The position numbers and the translations under genes were made by a program. A stretch of 64,000 bases of DNA, taken from the IMG/VR virus record IMGVR_UViG_3300044530_001128, positions 1,186-65,185 of that record. One strand, 5' to 3'. This DNA comes from a virus. Its lineage: Duplodnaviria; Caudoviricetes. The notes beneath the pieces were generated by a model. It did not search any database and was not told where the DNA came from. It worked only from the letters and a program-made list of their open reading frames with translations. Shown one piece after another: positions 19,398 through 28,964 of the stretch (its first letter is position 1; each line of letters begins with the position of its first letter).

Positions 19398-20582
19398 ATG
19401 GCCCTTCATCCCCGAGAATTACGAGCCCTAGAGAAACAACGCCGCTTCATCGATATGTATTCGGCGGGGACCACCAGTTTTCGTCAAAGGCTCCAAGCAA
19501 TAGCGGACGGACCCGCCAGAGTACCGGAGCAACCCAACGCAGCGATAGTGGAAGAGGCAGCGGCTAGCAGCGCTGCCGCAGCGTTTCTGCGTCGAGATAG
19601 GGAGCCGCGCAGCATAGCCGCTGCGGTAAGCAACGTGGTGACTCCTACGCCCGCACCATCCACTACTTTCCAAGGCATCATCGATAGCCTACGAGAGGCA
19701 GCGCCGCGTGCCATGGCTTGGGCGGACTCCCTGCGCGCACTCCGTAGAAGTCAAACAGTAAATCTACAAAGGCCGATGGTCCGCCGTGATGGAGGCAACG
19801 ACTTCGTCTTCACGCGCCATGGGCTCAGACGTGGAGACATGTCCATGGGGTTCGAAGTCGTGAACGTGGTACATGACAGTGGAGAAATGCGTCTTGTTGA
19901 TCTGCAACAGGCTGGCGTGTATGACCACGGAGACGCCCTAGCAGAAGCCCGGGTGCGCTTAAACCGTCAGATGGCGGATGCCGAGGAAGAAATCTTTAGA
20001 GCGTCCACCACCCCTTCGGGGGCACGTCGGCAGGCAGAGTTACACGCCGCAGTCATGCGAGATACGATGACCGAGGGCATCGTGGAGGAGCGCACCATCG
20101 CGCGTCTATATACAACGTCATTCATTGCCGATATAGCCGATTTGCGCGAAGTGTCGTACGACACGCTAACGCGGGCTAAGCATGAACTGCCGGGGATCAA
20201 AAGCTTGAGCCCGCTGATAAGGAATGTCGAGGCATGTTACCTAGCGGAAGACCATTCCGTGGCGTTCGGCGTCGGTATAAACCATCCGGTCACTGACAGT
20301 TGGCGAGAGGATATTCGCCAGTACAAGGCGGCTCTGCTCTCGGTGTGCATCTACTTCGCTAAGCGCGGGGTGCCGTGCAAGGTCACCGACCCCGCCACCG
20401 GATCGAGCAAGGTATCTTTGCAATCGTTTGCAAACGATCTGCAGGGACTCACGCCTGTGCAGCCGCGTGTTATCGCGGGGGCCAAGCAAAAGACGACCAC
20501 TCCGCGCTTGTCATCCACTAGCCGTCGTCGTACACTTCTCTTGCTTAAATCTAACCGGAGCAACCGTAATGGCACTGATTAA
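19398..20582 (+). CDS. Hypothetical protein
   Basis: Long ORF with ATG just after a palindrome; overlaps the start of the AAA gene. Confidence 0.65.
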   Translation: MALHPRELRALEKQRRFIDMYSAGTTSFRQRLQAIADGPARVPEQPNAAIVEEAAASSAAAAFLRRDREPRSIAAAVSNVVTPTPAPSTTFQGIIDSLREAAPRAMAWADSLRALRRSQTVNLQRPMVRRDGGNDFVFTRHGLRRGDMSMGFEVVNVVHDSGEMRLVDLQQAGVYDHGDALAEARVRLNRQMADAEEEIFRASTTPSGARRQAELHAAVMRDTMTEGIVEERTIARLYTTSFIADIADLREVSYDTLTRAKHELPGIKSLSPLIRNVEACYLAEDHSVAFGVGINHPVTDSWREDIRQYKAALLSVCIYFAKRGVPCKVTDPATGSSKVSLQSFANDLQGLTPVQPRVIAGAKQKTTTPRLSSTSRRRTLLLLKSNRSNRNGTD

Positions 20583-22452
20583 ACCACCCAATGCTATGGT
20601 CAAGGGCGGACTACCCGCCCTGACCAAACCCACGACGACGCCCCCGGAAGGGGGCATTGCCGTTTCTTCGGACATGAGCGCGTCCAATACGGACAGGTTC
20701 AAGCTCGACTTCCTGACGGCGATTTCGGCCAGCGTCGGCGTCTATGCCATCCGCACCCGGGAGCCGTTGCGAGCGGCGGCGGTAATGCAGGAGATCATCA
20801 CCGAGTATGCGGAATTCGATCTGGAATTCCGCATGTGGGACCCGATCAAGGGCATCGGCGTATATCCCTCGCCGTTCACCTTCGATGACAAGGGCGTCAT
20901 CACCGGCCGGGACGGACAGGTGGAACTCGACGTGTACAAGCCGACTTCGCACGTCGATAACACGGTCGATCCGATCAAGGCGCTCAACTACGCCGAGGCG
21001 GACCAGAAGCAAGCCCTGTACGTCTTCCAAGGCTGGGTCGGCGGGGGCACCAACAAGTTCCTCTCGGACAAGGTGCAGCACTACATCCGGTTGTTCAACA
21101 TCAAGGCGTTGGACAAGCCCTTCCGCTTCGTGTTCGTTCTGCCCGAGGGCGCTTCCCTCCCGGCGGAAATCGAGACGGAAATCCGCGTGATCGACTTCCT
21201 TGTGCCTTCGCACGGGGAACTCGTGAAGCTGTTCCCCGAAGCTATGGCGGCGGCACCCGAAGGAAGCTGGGTGCCCAACTATAGCCCCGGGGATATCAAT
21301 CGCATCGTGTCCGCGTCCAAGGGCATGTCCGAAATGGAATTCCTCAACGGGGCGGCGGTCGCCATGATCGCCCTCACGTCCAACTTCGAACATGACGATC
21401 TGCGGCCCCTCAAGGACCCTGCGGATATCGACGTGGACGACTTCGTCAAGATCATGTCGGACCAGAAAACCGAAATGATCAAGCGGACGGACGTGCTGGA
21501 AATCCTGCCCACCGGCCACATGGCCGATGTCGGCGGCTTCGATCTTCTCAAGAAATGGATCGCTCGCAGGCGGGCTCATTTCGGGGATGCGGCCCGCGCC
21601 TATGGTATCCGCATGCCCAAGGGCATCATCGCGGTCGGACCTCCCGGCACCGGCAAGTCCGAGCTTGCCAAGGCGGTCGCCAGCGAGCTTGGCGTCCCTC
21701 TGGTGCTGATGAACATCGCTCGCATCTTCGGCAAGTACGTCGGCGAGAGCGAGGGCAAAATGGGTGCTGCCCTCAAGATGATCGAAGCCCAAGCCCCGTG
21801 CGTCCTTATGATCGATGAAATCGACAAGGCGTTCGGCGGCATCGGTGGTCCCGGCGGGGACGGAGGCACCACGCAGCGCACCTTCGGCCAGTTTCTCACA
21901 TGGCTGCAGGAGCGTTATCGCAAGCCCGGGGCATCCCCCGTGTTCGTGATCGCTACCGCCAACAACGTCGAGGGCCTGCCCCCTGAATTGCTGCGCCCGG
22001 GGCGCTTCGACGGCATCTTTGCCTGCCTGTTCCCCAGCGGCAAGGATCGCGTCGAGATCATGCGGATCAAGTTGCGTGCGGCGGGCCATGCTGCCGCCTT
22101 CTCCGACGATCAACTGGAAAACATAGCGAAGGCGTGCGACAAGTACACCGGAGCCGAGATCGAGCAGGCTTTGGCCGAGGCGTTGACCGACGCCTTCGAC
22201 GCGGGCCTTTCCCACCCCACACAGGAAATGTTCCTGACGCAGATCGCCGCACAGGTACCTTTCTCGCAGTCCTTCCCCGACAAGATCGAGCGCATGTATA
22301 GCTGGGCGAAGAAATTCGCCAAGCCGTCATCGAGCGACGCCGACTTCAAGATCGAGGCACCGGCACCCGCAGGTATGGCGGGGACCATCCCCCAACGCCG
22401 CATGACCCTCGCGAGCAAGAAGCGCGTCGGTACCCGGCTAGACGACAAATAG
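20569..22452 (+). CDS. Ycf46-like AAA+ ATPase
   Basis: VGGFDLLKKW, Walker A GPPGTGKS, Walker B LMIDEIDK, SRH LPPELLRPGRFD; degenerate N-terminal AAA-like domain. Confidence 0.9.
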   Translation: MALIKPPNAMVKGGLPALTKPTTTPPEGGIAVSSDMSASNTDRFKLDFLTAISASVGVYAIRTREPLRAAAVMQEIITEYAEFDLEFRMWDPIKGIGVYPSPFTFDDKGVITGRDGQVELDVYKPTSHVDNTVDPIKALNYAEADQKQALYVFQGWVGGGTNKFLSDKVQHYIRLFNIKALDKPFRFVFVLPEGASLPAEIETEIRVIDFLVPSHGELVKLFPEAMAAAPEGSWVPNYSPGDINRIVSASKGMSEMEFLNGAAVAMIALTSNFEHDDLRPLKDPADIDVDDFVKIMSDQKTEMIKRTDVLEILPTGHMADVGGFDLLKKWIARRRAHFGDAARAYGIRMPKGIIAVGPPGTGKSELAKAVASELGVPLVLMNIARIFGKYVGESEGKMGAALKMIEAQAPCVLMIDEIDKAFGGIGGPGGDGGTTQRTFGQFLTWLQERYRKPGASPVFVIATANNVEGLPPELLRPGRFDGIFACLFPSGKDRVEIMRIKLRAAGHAAAFSDDQLENIAKACDKYTGAEIEQALAEALTDAFDAGLSHPTQEMFLTQIAAQVPFSQSFPDKIERMYSWAKKFAKPSSSDADFKIEAPAPAGMAGTIPQRRMTLASKKRVGTRLDDK

Positions 22453-22464
22453 GAGCCGCCTTCC

Positions 22465-22854
22465 ATGGCACTACTCAAAAAGACCACTCGCCCCGTCGCG
22501 TCCAATGTGCGCGTGACGGGGGCTCCCGGCCCCACGAAGCTGGTACGCAAGGCCACGCCCGAGTGCCCTCCTCCGTCCCCGCCGTTCGGTGGCCCCGACA
22601 AACTGCAACCGGTTGCAAAACTGGACGATGAGCCCAAGGGCAGCAAGCAGATCGCCTTCAAGGCGGGGCCGCACGACCAGCGCGTCGTTGACTTGATCGC
22701 GGCTCAGCATGACGGTGACAAAGCTGCTGCGCTAAGGGCTGCGGTGCGCCATTATGCTTTCGCTATCGGCGGTCACGACGCGACCCTCACCATCAAGTTC
22801 CCCGATGGACACGAGGAGCGTCACAGCATCAAGCGAGGCGGACTTCTATGTTGA
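22465..22854 (+). CDS. Putative ribbon-helix-helix DNA-binding protein
   Basis: KQIAFK (strand), DQRVVDLIAA (helix), KAAALRAAVRHY (helix) after a disordered N-terminus. Confidence 0.5.
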   Translation: MALLKKTTRPVASNVRVTGAPGPTKLVRKATPECPPPSPPFGGPDKLQPVAKLDDEPKGSKQIAFKAGPHDQRVVDLIAAQHDGDKAAALRAAVRHYAFAIGGHDATLTIKFPDGHEERHSIKRGGLLC

Positions 22855-23486
22855 TCCAAGCGGTAACCGGTTCGGAGACATTCAGCGCTAGCGGAAGCAT
22901 GCGCGTCATGTGCTTCTGGCGCAAACGGTTCACAGAGCCCGAGGAGCCCTTGCTCCGGGCTATCAAGGACAGTCGTTCCGGCATCCGGGAGGCGGGTCGT
23001 AGCGAGAACCTCCCGGCCGGGGCGGTCGAGGCTCACGGGCGCTGGACCCTTGGCCGGTACGAAGCCGAGCCCGAAGGCGTGCTGCACGTCTGCGTTATGA
23101 GTTCGCGGGCGCGCTTCGGCATGGCCGAGTACCACTTCTACATGTACATCCGGGAGCAGGGCGGGCTAGTCAACGTCCGCATCCCGTTCACGGGTGACCC
23201 GCAAGCCACGCAGTCGGTCGGCTACGTCGAGGCCCGGGGCGACATGATCCCGCCCGGGTGGTTTCAGGCTACGGGCATGATCGATATTCGCGATCCCGGT
23301 GCGTCCAAGTATTCGGACGGCAACCGAGAAACCCTGCGCATTACTGCGACAGTGGTTGAGAAAGCTGAGCGCCCCTACATGCCTCCGTCCATCGCCAAGC
23401 TTCTTGTCGGGGACGATGGCACCGTTCAACGCGTCATCACCAAGGCGGCTCCGCGCCGTCGTCTTCTCATCCGCAGGCCCACTTGA
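22848..23486 (+). CDS. Hypothetical protein
   Basis: Coupled ORF within the AAA module; basic C-terminal tail PRRRLLIRRPT. Confidence 0.7.
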   Translation: MLIQAVTGSETFSASGSMRVMCFWRKRFTEPEEPLLRAIKDSRSGIREAGRSENLPAGAVEAHGRWTLGRYEAEPEGVLHVCVMSSRARFGMAEYHFYMYIREQGGLVNVRIPFTGDPQATQSVGYVEARGDMIPPGWFQATGMIDIRDPGASKYSDGNRETLRITATVVEKAERPYMPPSIAKLLVGDDGTVQRVITKAAPRRRLLIRRPT

Positions 23487-23538
23487 AACGGCGGTGACCT
23501 GTACGCTATCCTAGCCGTTCACTCTCAGGAGCAATAGC

Positions 23539-24006
23539 ATGAGCCACAATGTCACGGTAAAGGGGGTCGCCATCCGGTCGATCCCGGCACTCACGAAGGC
23601 GGTGAGCAATCTCCGCGCCCGGGGTGTTCCCATCAGCATCGAGAAGCGGGAGCGGTTCAAGACCTATGCTCGCCAGCCGGACAGGTGCGACTACGCCATC
23701 CACATCGATGGCGCGAACCACGAGATCGGCGTGCTGAAATCGGCTGACAAGCCGGGCGAATACGAGTTCGTGTTCGACCCGTACTCGGACAGCCGCACCA
23801 GCAGTATCGCCCACTTCCTCGGCATGAAGGGCGTGATCGACGATCCCAACCACACTGTCTCGCATGCCCAGCGGGCCATCGGGCAGTTGACGCAGGAGCA
23901 TGCGCTCTGCGCCGCCGAAGAGAAGTTTGAAAACGAGGGCTGGTCGTTCGAACGCCAGATCGACGCCAAGACCGGCGTCATCCAGTCCATCGCCACGTTG
24001 AACTAG
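23539..24006 (+). CDS. DUF1257/Ycf35-like protein
   Basis: Starts MSH.V.VK...AL.KA..L; IG...YEFVFD.Y; ends with GW..ER..G.I pattern; lies next to a Ycf46-like AAA. Confidence 0.75.
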   Translation: MSHNVTVKGVAIRSIPALTKAVSNLRARGVPISIEKRERFKTYARQPDRCDYAIHIDGANHEIGVLKSADKPGEYEFVFDPYSDSRTSSIAHFLGMKGVIDDPNHTVSHAQRAIGQLTQEHALCAAEEKFENEGWSFERQIDAKTGVIQSIATLN

Positions 24007-24016
24007 GGAGGCTGCA

Positions 24017-24235
24017 TTGTCGTTCGAAAAGCCCAAGGTTATCGTCTCCGTGGACCCGGTCGGCGGGGTCCATATCGAAACCGTTGGTTTCGCCGGTGAC
24101 TCCTGCGCGGTCGCCACGAAGGACTTGGAGCGCGTGCTTATCTCCAAGGACGGCACGATGACCGAAGAGAAAAAGGACGAATACTACCAGCAGGGGGAGA
24201 GCCTCGGCCAGATGGTCGACAACCTCCGCCTGTAG
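24017..24235 (+). CDS. DUF2997-like protein
   Basis: VDP.G.V.IETVGFAGDSC..AT..LE...K.EYY signature; RBS GGAGG before TTG. Confidence 0.8.
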   Translation: MSFEKPKVIVSVDPVGGVHIETVGFAGDSCAVATKDLERVLISKDGTMTEEKKDEYYQQGESLGQMVDNLRL

Positions 24236-24479
24236 GAACCCCGGTCCGCGTTCGCGCTGTTGGACGTGCTAAAACCGACCAAGGGGCAGCGCCAGCGGAC
24301 CATCCCGGGGGAGGGCGTCATTAACCCTCCCCCGGTTCTTACTTTGCAATCGATTGCAATACGCGAACCGCCCGGCTCAGGGGAACGCTACGAGACGTGC
24401 GCCCTAGCATCTTTCATAGTGTCTGCGGGTAGTCCGCAGTGGGTGCGGGCGGTTCACCTATTTCAATCGGAGGAGCAAC

Positions 24480-24722
24480 ATGCAGCTTTTGTCGCGAGAG
24501 CAAATCACGGGACATGTGGACCGGTTCATCGAAGGCTACCTGAGCAGCGGCAAGAACCGATTGCGGCCTGCCACACGCAACCGCATCCTGTTCGCCGTCC
24601 AATCCATCCAGTGGCGTAGCCAGATCGACTTGGCGTACCGGATCGCGGACCTTGTCAAGGTCGACACGGAATGGATGAGCAACCCCGACCACTGGTACGC
24701 TTTCCGTCCGAGGGTAGCATGA
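24480..24722 (+). CDS. Hypothetical protein
   Basis: RBS GGAGGAG; coupled to the next gene. Confidence 0.65.
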   Translation: MQLLSREQITGHVDRFIEGYLSSGKNRLRPATRNRILFAVQSIQWRSQIDLAYRIADLVKVDTEWMSNPDHWYAFRPRVA

Positions 24723-24891
24723 GCGCGCCTGCCCGATACTTGCTGCAGGACGGCAACAAGTTTATGGACCTTAAGCTCCGGGTGTCCAAGCGCGCCGAGC
24801 GCTCTATCGAGAAAGCGATTACGGACGCGCGTACGTGGGGCAAACGCGTTACCATTACGATCAACGGAACCGAACACGAGGTCGTATTCAA

Positions 24892-25221
24892 ATGAAGCAG
24901 ATAGTGATCAGCGCCGCCCCGGACGGCACGCTCCAAACCCTTCGGGACAAGGACATGGACCTTTCTACTCTCGGGGGTACCCGCACGGTTGTGCGTATCA
25001 CCGACATTCTCTTTGACGAGGAAGAGCAGCACTTCTACATCAAGTGGCTCAAGGGTCCGTACAAGAACCTCGTGGAAAGCCGTCACTCCACGCTAGCCCC
25101 GGAGAGTTTGGCCGCTTACGTGCACCGGGGCGTCCTGTACTTCAAAACGTACGAGATCGCCGTGCAGCACGAGATCGCACGCGTGAACGAACTGCGGCTT
25201 TCCGGGGCGACTTTCACATGA
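24892..25221 (+). CDS. Conserved small protein often adjacent to DUF2997/DUF1257 genes
   Basis: MKQIVI...DGT...L....MDL..LG...V.R...I.FD pattern. Confidence 0.6.
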   Translation: MKQIVISAAPDGTLQTLRDKDMDLSTLGGTRTVVRITDILFDEEEQHFYIKWLKGPYKNLVESRHSTLAPESLAAYVHRGVLYFKTYEIAVQHEIARVNELRLSGATFT

Positions 25222-25430
25222 CGCTCCGGGAGCGTCTCGTCATGTTGCTGGACCTCCACAACATCGAGGACCCTGTGCTATTGGGCAACCTTTTGCACAC
25301 GATTGCAGAGCCGAGCGACGAGGATTTAACGGTCGCCATTGCCCCCTACAGGCATGAAAACACACCAGAATTTAACGCCCTCTATAAGGACGTGGTAGCT
25401 GGTTACTTCAAGCGTGTAGCTGCACAATAA
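25218..25430 (+). CDS. Hypothetical protein
   Basis: ATGA overlap with the upstream gene. Confidence 0.55.
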   Translation: MTLRERLVMLLDLHNIEDPVLLGNLLHTIAEPSDEDLTVAIAPYRHENTPEFNALYKDVVAGYFKRVAAQ

Positions 25431-25440
25431 GGAGCGGATA

Positions 25441-25794
25441 ATGCGCGATATCTTTGTGTTCGGTAGCAATCTCGCGGGTCGTCACGGGGCGGGCTCTGCC
25501 CTAGAAGCCGTGCGTAGCTACGGGGCCAAGTACGGGCAGGGCTTCGGATTTCAGGGTAGCTCCTACGCTATTCCGACCAAGGATCGTAACCTCAAGGTGC
25601 TGCCCCTACGGGAGATCGAGCGATTTGTCTACGAGTTCCGGACGTTCGCCCGCGCTACCCGTGGCATCTACCGTTTCAATGTGGTCGCCATCGGCTGCGG
25701 CCTCGCGGGGTATGAGCCCAAGGATATCGCCCCGTTCTTTCGGGCCGTGTCCGATAACGTGAACCTGCCCGAAGAATTCAAGCCGTTCGTGTGA
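25441..25794 (+). CDS. Macro-domain-related phage protein (A1S_2505-like)
   Basis: IFVFGSNLAGRHGAG, SYAIPT and IGCGLAGY motifs. Confidence 0.8.
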   Translation: MRDIFVFGSNLAGRHGAGSALEAVRSYGAKYGQGFGFQGSSYAIPTKDRNLKVLPLREIERFVYEFRTFARATRGIYRFNVVAIGCGLAGYEPKDIAPFFRAVSDNVNLPEEFKPFV

Positions 25795-27038
25795 CCATGA
25801 AGCCATTGCTTGGGCGGGTAGAGATGCTCGCCGTAGTGAATACGCAGTATGCTTCGCTGCTGTCCCCCAGCGAGTACCGCGTCCTTATGTTCATATACCA
25901 GCGGACCTACGGGTTCAACAAGGCGTCAGAAGTGATACCCATTCGGCATTTCGAGAATGGGGTTACCGCTAAGAACGGGGATATAGTCACGCACGGGGTG
26001 GGCCTAAAGCGCCGTCGCATCTTGCAGGTTTTGCAATCGCTTGCAGAAAAGCAGGTCGTGACCGTCAGCGAAGACAACCGGCGAGGCAACGTCTACGCCA
26101 TAAACCCCATGCTAGCCATGATGGAAGCGCCTATGAAACGCTCGAAAAAGCCGGGTAACTATCGTAACCCTAGTGCACAAAACTGCACCGCAGCAGTGCA
26201 CAAAAATGCACCCCCAAGTATAACAAGTATATATAATAGAACATTTCCTTCGTTAACTTCGTTAACTCGGAAAAGCGCGGGCGCGGGCGCGACCTCGGCC
26301 GGGGTACCGGTTCCCTTCGGAGCCACCCCCTTGCCCGAAAAACCGGGGCTAGCGGCGGCTATAGCGGGAGCCACTGCGAAGCACCACGCCGCCCGGGAAG
26401 CCCGCAAAGCGAAGCTCGGGGCGAGTGGGATCATTTCGCTTTGGTACGACAACGTAAAGAAATACCGACCCGACCTCGTCGGCAAGGCGGATGCCATCGA
26501 GTTCCCGAAATACACGATGACGAATATCCGGCAAGTGATCAGCCGGGGCGTCGAGCTTGAAAAGCTTCCGGAGTTTTTCGAATTCGTGTGTAGCGGGTGG
26601 GATCAAGTATGCCGCCTCGTTTTCGGGAATAGGTCTACGCTCGTCGGCAAGGCCCCGGACATCCGCGTCGTGATCAAGTACGTCAACGAGTTCTATGCAC
26701 TGTTCTTGAAGCACGCCGACGACAAGTCTTTCCTATCGGCCAGAGCGGCTACCCCGGAGCAAGTCGAGCGGCTTAAGGGCACGACGCTGCAACTCACTTC
26801 GCTGGTGAAAGCCGAGCGGCAACGGGCAGAGCTTGCTACTCGGCAGGCGGGGCTGCTTGTCCAAGAGAACGCCAGACTTAAGGCGCAGCTTCGTACCGCA
26901 AGTGTCACGGCAGCGCCGACGCCTAAGCCATTGAAAAGTCCCGTATTTACCCGCCTCAAGGGGGTTGCATCCGCAAAGGAACCGGGGCAGAATTTGCAAA
27001 CGATTGCAGCACGGCTTGGACTTAAGCCATACGAGTAA
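25791..27038 (+). CDS. Replication initiator (lambda O-like N-terminal wHTH)
   Basis: SEYRVLMFIYQRTYGFNK N-terminus as in O-family proteins; internal iteron/AT-rich region; precedes DnaC-like and DnaB genes. Confidence 0.75.
   Translation: MTMKPLLGRVEMLAVVNTQYASLLSPSEYRVLMFIYQRTYGFNKASEVIPIRHFENGVTAKNGDIVTHGVGLKRRRILQVLQSLAEKQVVTVSEDNRRGNVYAINPMLAMMEAPMKRSKKPGNYRNPSAQNCTAAVHKNAPPSITSIYNRTFPSLTSLTRKSAGAGATSAGVPVPFGATPLPEKPGLAAAIAGATAKHHAAREARKAKLGASGIISLWYDNVKKYRPDLVGKADAIEFPKYTMTNIRQVISRGVELEKLPEFFEFVCSGWDQVCRLVFGNRSTLVGKAPDIRVVIKYVNEFYALFLKHADDKSFLSARAATPEQVERLKGTTLQLTSLVKAERQRAELATRQAGLLVQENARLKAQLRTASVTAAPTPKPLKSPVFTRLKGVASAKEPGQNLQTIAARLGLKPYE
26172..26267. promoter_or_regulatory. Putative replication origin inside the initiator gene
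   Basis: Two direct repeats AGTGCACAAAA(C/A)TGCACC (26172, 26195), then AT-rich TATAACAAGTATATATAATAGAA and CTTCGTTAA x2. Confidence 0.6.
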
Positions 27039-27053
27039 TGCGGGGGGACGGCG

Positions 27054-27635
27054 GTGGTCGAAGCGAGCAACACCAAGAGCGTACAACAAACGCAGAACGA
27101 GCTACGGGCTCTGTATGCCCAGAGCAATCTTCCCCGGCCCTATTGGAACACTCGGCTTATCGATCTTGGCGCTATCGGCACTCTACTCCGCGAGTACGTT
27201 CTTAGCGCGCAGCGGGTCGATGACATTCTCGACGGCAGAGGCTACTGGATTTCCGGCGGGGCAAATGAGCGTGTCCCGCTGTTCGCCTCTTTCGCCCGGG
27301 ACCTGATCATCCACAAGGACGGCGTCTACTTCTGCAGTCTTGTCCGCATCCACGACGCCCTGCAAAAGCCGGAGAACAACCCGGACCTTGGGAACATCTT
27401 GGCGAAATGCAAGGCGCTCTTCATCACCCACTTTCAGCAGGAAGGCCCGTTCCCGTACAACGGGTATATGCGGGCTCGCATCGAGACTATGTTGCAAGCC
27501 CGCATGGACGATGGCCTTCGCAACTACTACTCTTCGGAGTACGGCATCCAAGATGCTCGCCAGCCGGGGGAGCATTGGTGGACTAGCGATTTCTTGGTTA
27601 CGGCGGCACAGACCTCGCGCGAGTTTGCCGTATAA
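27054..27635 (+). CDS. Degenerate DnaC/IstB-like helicase loader
   Basis: Position between initiator and DnaB; G.W.SG, ALFI..F and LQARMD.GL..YYSS pattern; no intact Walker A. Confidence 0.55.
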   Translation: MVEASNTKSVQQTQNELRALYAQSNLPRPYWNTRLIDLGAIGTLLREYVLSAQRVDDILDGRGYWISGGANERVPLFASFARDLIIHKDGVYFCSLVRIHDALQKPENNPDLGNILAKCKALFITHFQQEGPFPYNGYMRARIETMLQARMDDGLRNYYSSEYGIQDARQPGEHWWTSDFLVTAAQTSREFAV

Positions 27636-28963
27636 TGGCGACCCGCGTCGGTACGGCCCTCCTGTCCGCTCTGCGGCGCACGGGATCGGCCACCTCTCTT
27701 GGAGAGATTACGCCCGAGTTGCTCCCTGACACCGACGAGCGCAATGCGCTGTTGTGGCTCAAAGAACACGTATCCACGCATGGCTCTTTTCCCACCCCGG
27801 GGCTGTTCCGTGAACACACGGGCTTGGCTACCGTAGCCACCACACAGTCCCTTACGTTCTACATAGCCGAGGCCGTTAAACAGGCTCAGTACAACGCCAG
27901 CATGCCGTTGTTCGGGGACCTGCAAGATGCCATGCGTTCGCAGAACGTCGGGCTTGTCCTTGAGCGTGCCAAGCAAATCAGCCGACTTGAGCAGGCATAC
28001 AATCCCCGCTCCACCGGACACGTAACCCTTGACGCCGCCCTTGGACTTGTCGAGGCGGACTACATAGAAAGCCGCCAGCTAGGGGACACTCTGCGGGGCG
28101 TCCCTTCTGGATGGGATTACGTTGACCAGCAAACCGGCGGATGGATGAACGGCGAGCTTGTCTCGTTTGTCGGTCGCCCGGGGCGGGGCAAGACGTACAT
28201 CCTACTGTACCAAGCCTACAACGCATGGCTTTCCGGCAAGAAGGTGCTGTTCGTCAGCATGGAGCTTGCCGCCCTCCAGCTTGCCCGTCGTATCGTTGGT
28301 ATCCACACCCGCATCAATCCTGACTTCATCCGCAAGGGCCGTATCTCCAATAGCGCCCATGATGGATTTATCGATAGCATGCACACGATGCGGGGTGGCA
28401 TCGGGTTTGACATCATCGTAGGCGGCTTCAACAAGTCCGTCGAAGCGGTGCAGGCATTCGCCCAAGAAACTCAGCCTGACATCATCTTCATTGACGCGTC
28501 GTACTTGCTGCATTCCGAAAAGCGTAAGAGCGGCAACCAGCGTCGGGAGAATGCCGCCGACACCATCGAGGGCTTGAAGCAAACCTCGCTTGACTTGAAC
28601 CGGCCTATCATTCAATCGGTGCAGTTCAACCGCCATGCGACCAAGCCCAAGCGGGACGAGGATCAGGACGAGCGCCAGAACCCTCTATCCCACCTCTCCC
28701 TTGAGAAGATTGGCGAGACGGATACCATCGGGCAGGCGTCGTCCTACGTGTTCGGCATCGACTTGTACGATCCGCCGTTTCAGGACAGTCGTCGCTGGAT
28801 GGGCTTTCTGAAAGGCCGCGAAGGCGAGAACGGGGTGTTTGCGATCAACTACGCATTCACCCCCGTTGACTTTAGTCTGCTGCACACAGGCTATGGACGG
28901 CAGGCGGACGCCCAGCAAGCGGCAGGCGTTGACGTTTCCCATATGCTCGATCAGGAAGTATAA
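27635..28963 (+). CDS. dnaB: Replicative DNA helicase DnaB-like
   Basis: GRPGRGKT, VLFVSMEL, IFIDASYL, QFNR and KGREG motifs. Confidence 0.93.
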   Translation: MATRVGTALLSALRRTGSATSLGEITPELLPDTDERNALLWLKEHVSTHGSFPTPGLFREHTGLATVATTQSLTFYIAEAVKQAQYNASMPLFGDLQDAMRSQNVGLVLERAKQISRLEQAYNPRSTGHVTLDAALGLVEADYIESRQLGDTLRGVPSGWDYVDQQTGGWMNGELVSFVGRPGRGKTYILLYQAYNAWLSGKKVLFVSMELAALQLARRIVGIHTRINPDFIRKGRISNSAHDGFIDSMHTMRGGIGFDIIVGGFNKSVEAVQAFAQETQPDIIFIDASYLLHSEKRKSGNQRRENAADTIEGLKQTSLDLNRPIIQSVQFNRHATKPKRDEDQDERQNPLSHLSLEKIGETDTIGQASSYVFGIDLYDPPFQDSRRWMGFLKGREGENGVFAINYAFTPVDFSLLHTGYGRQADAQQAAGVDVSHMLDQEV

Positions 28964-28964
28964 C

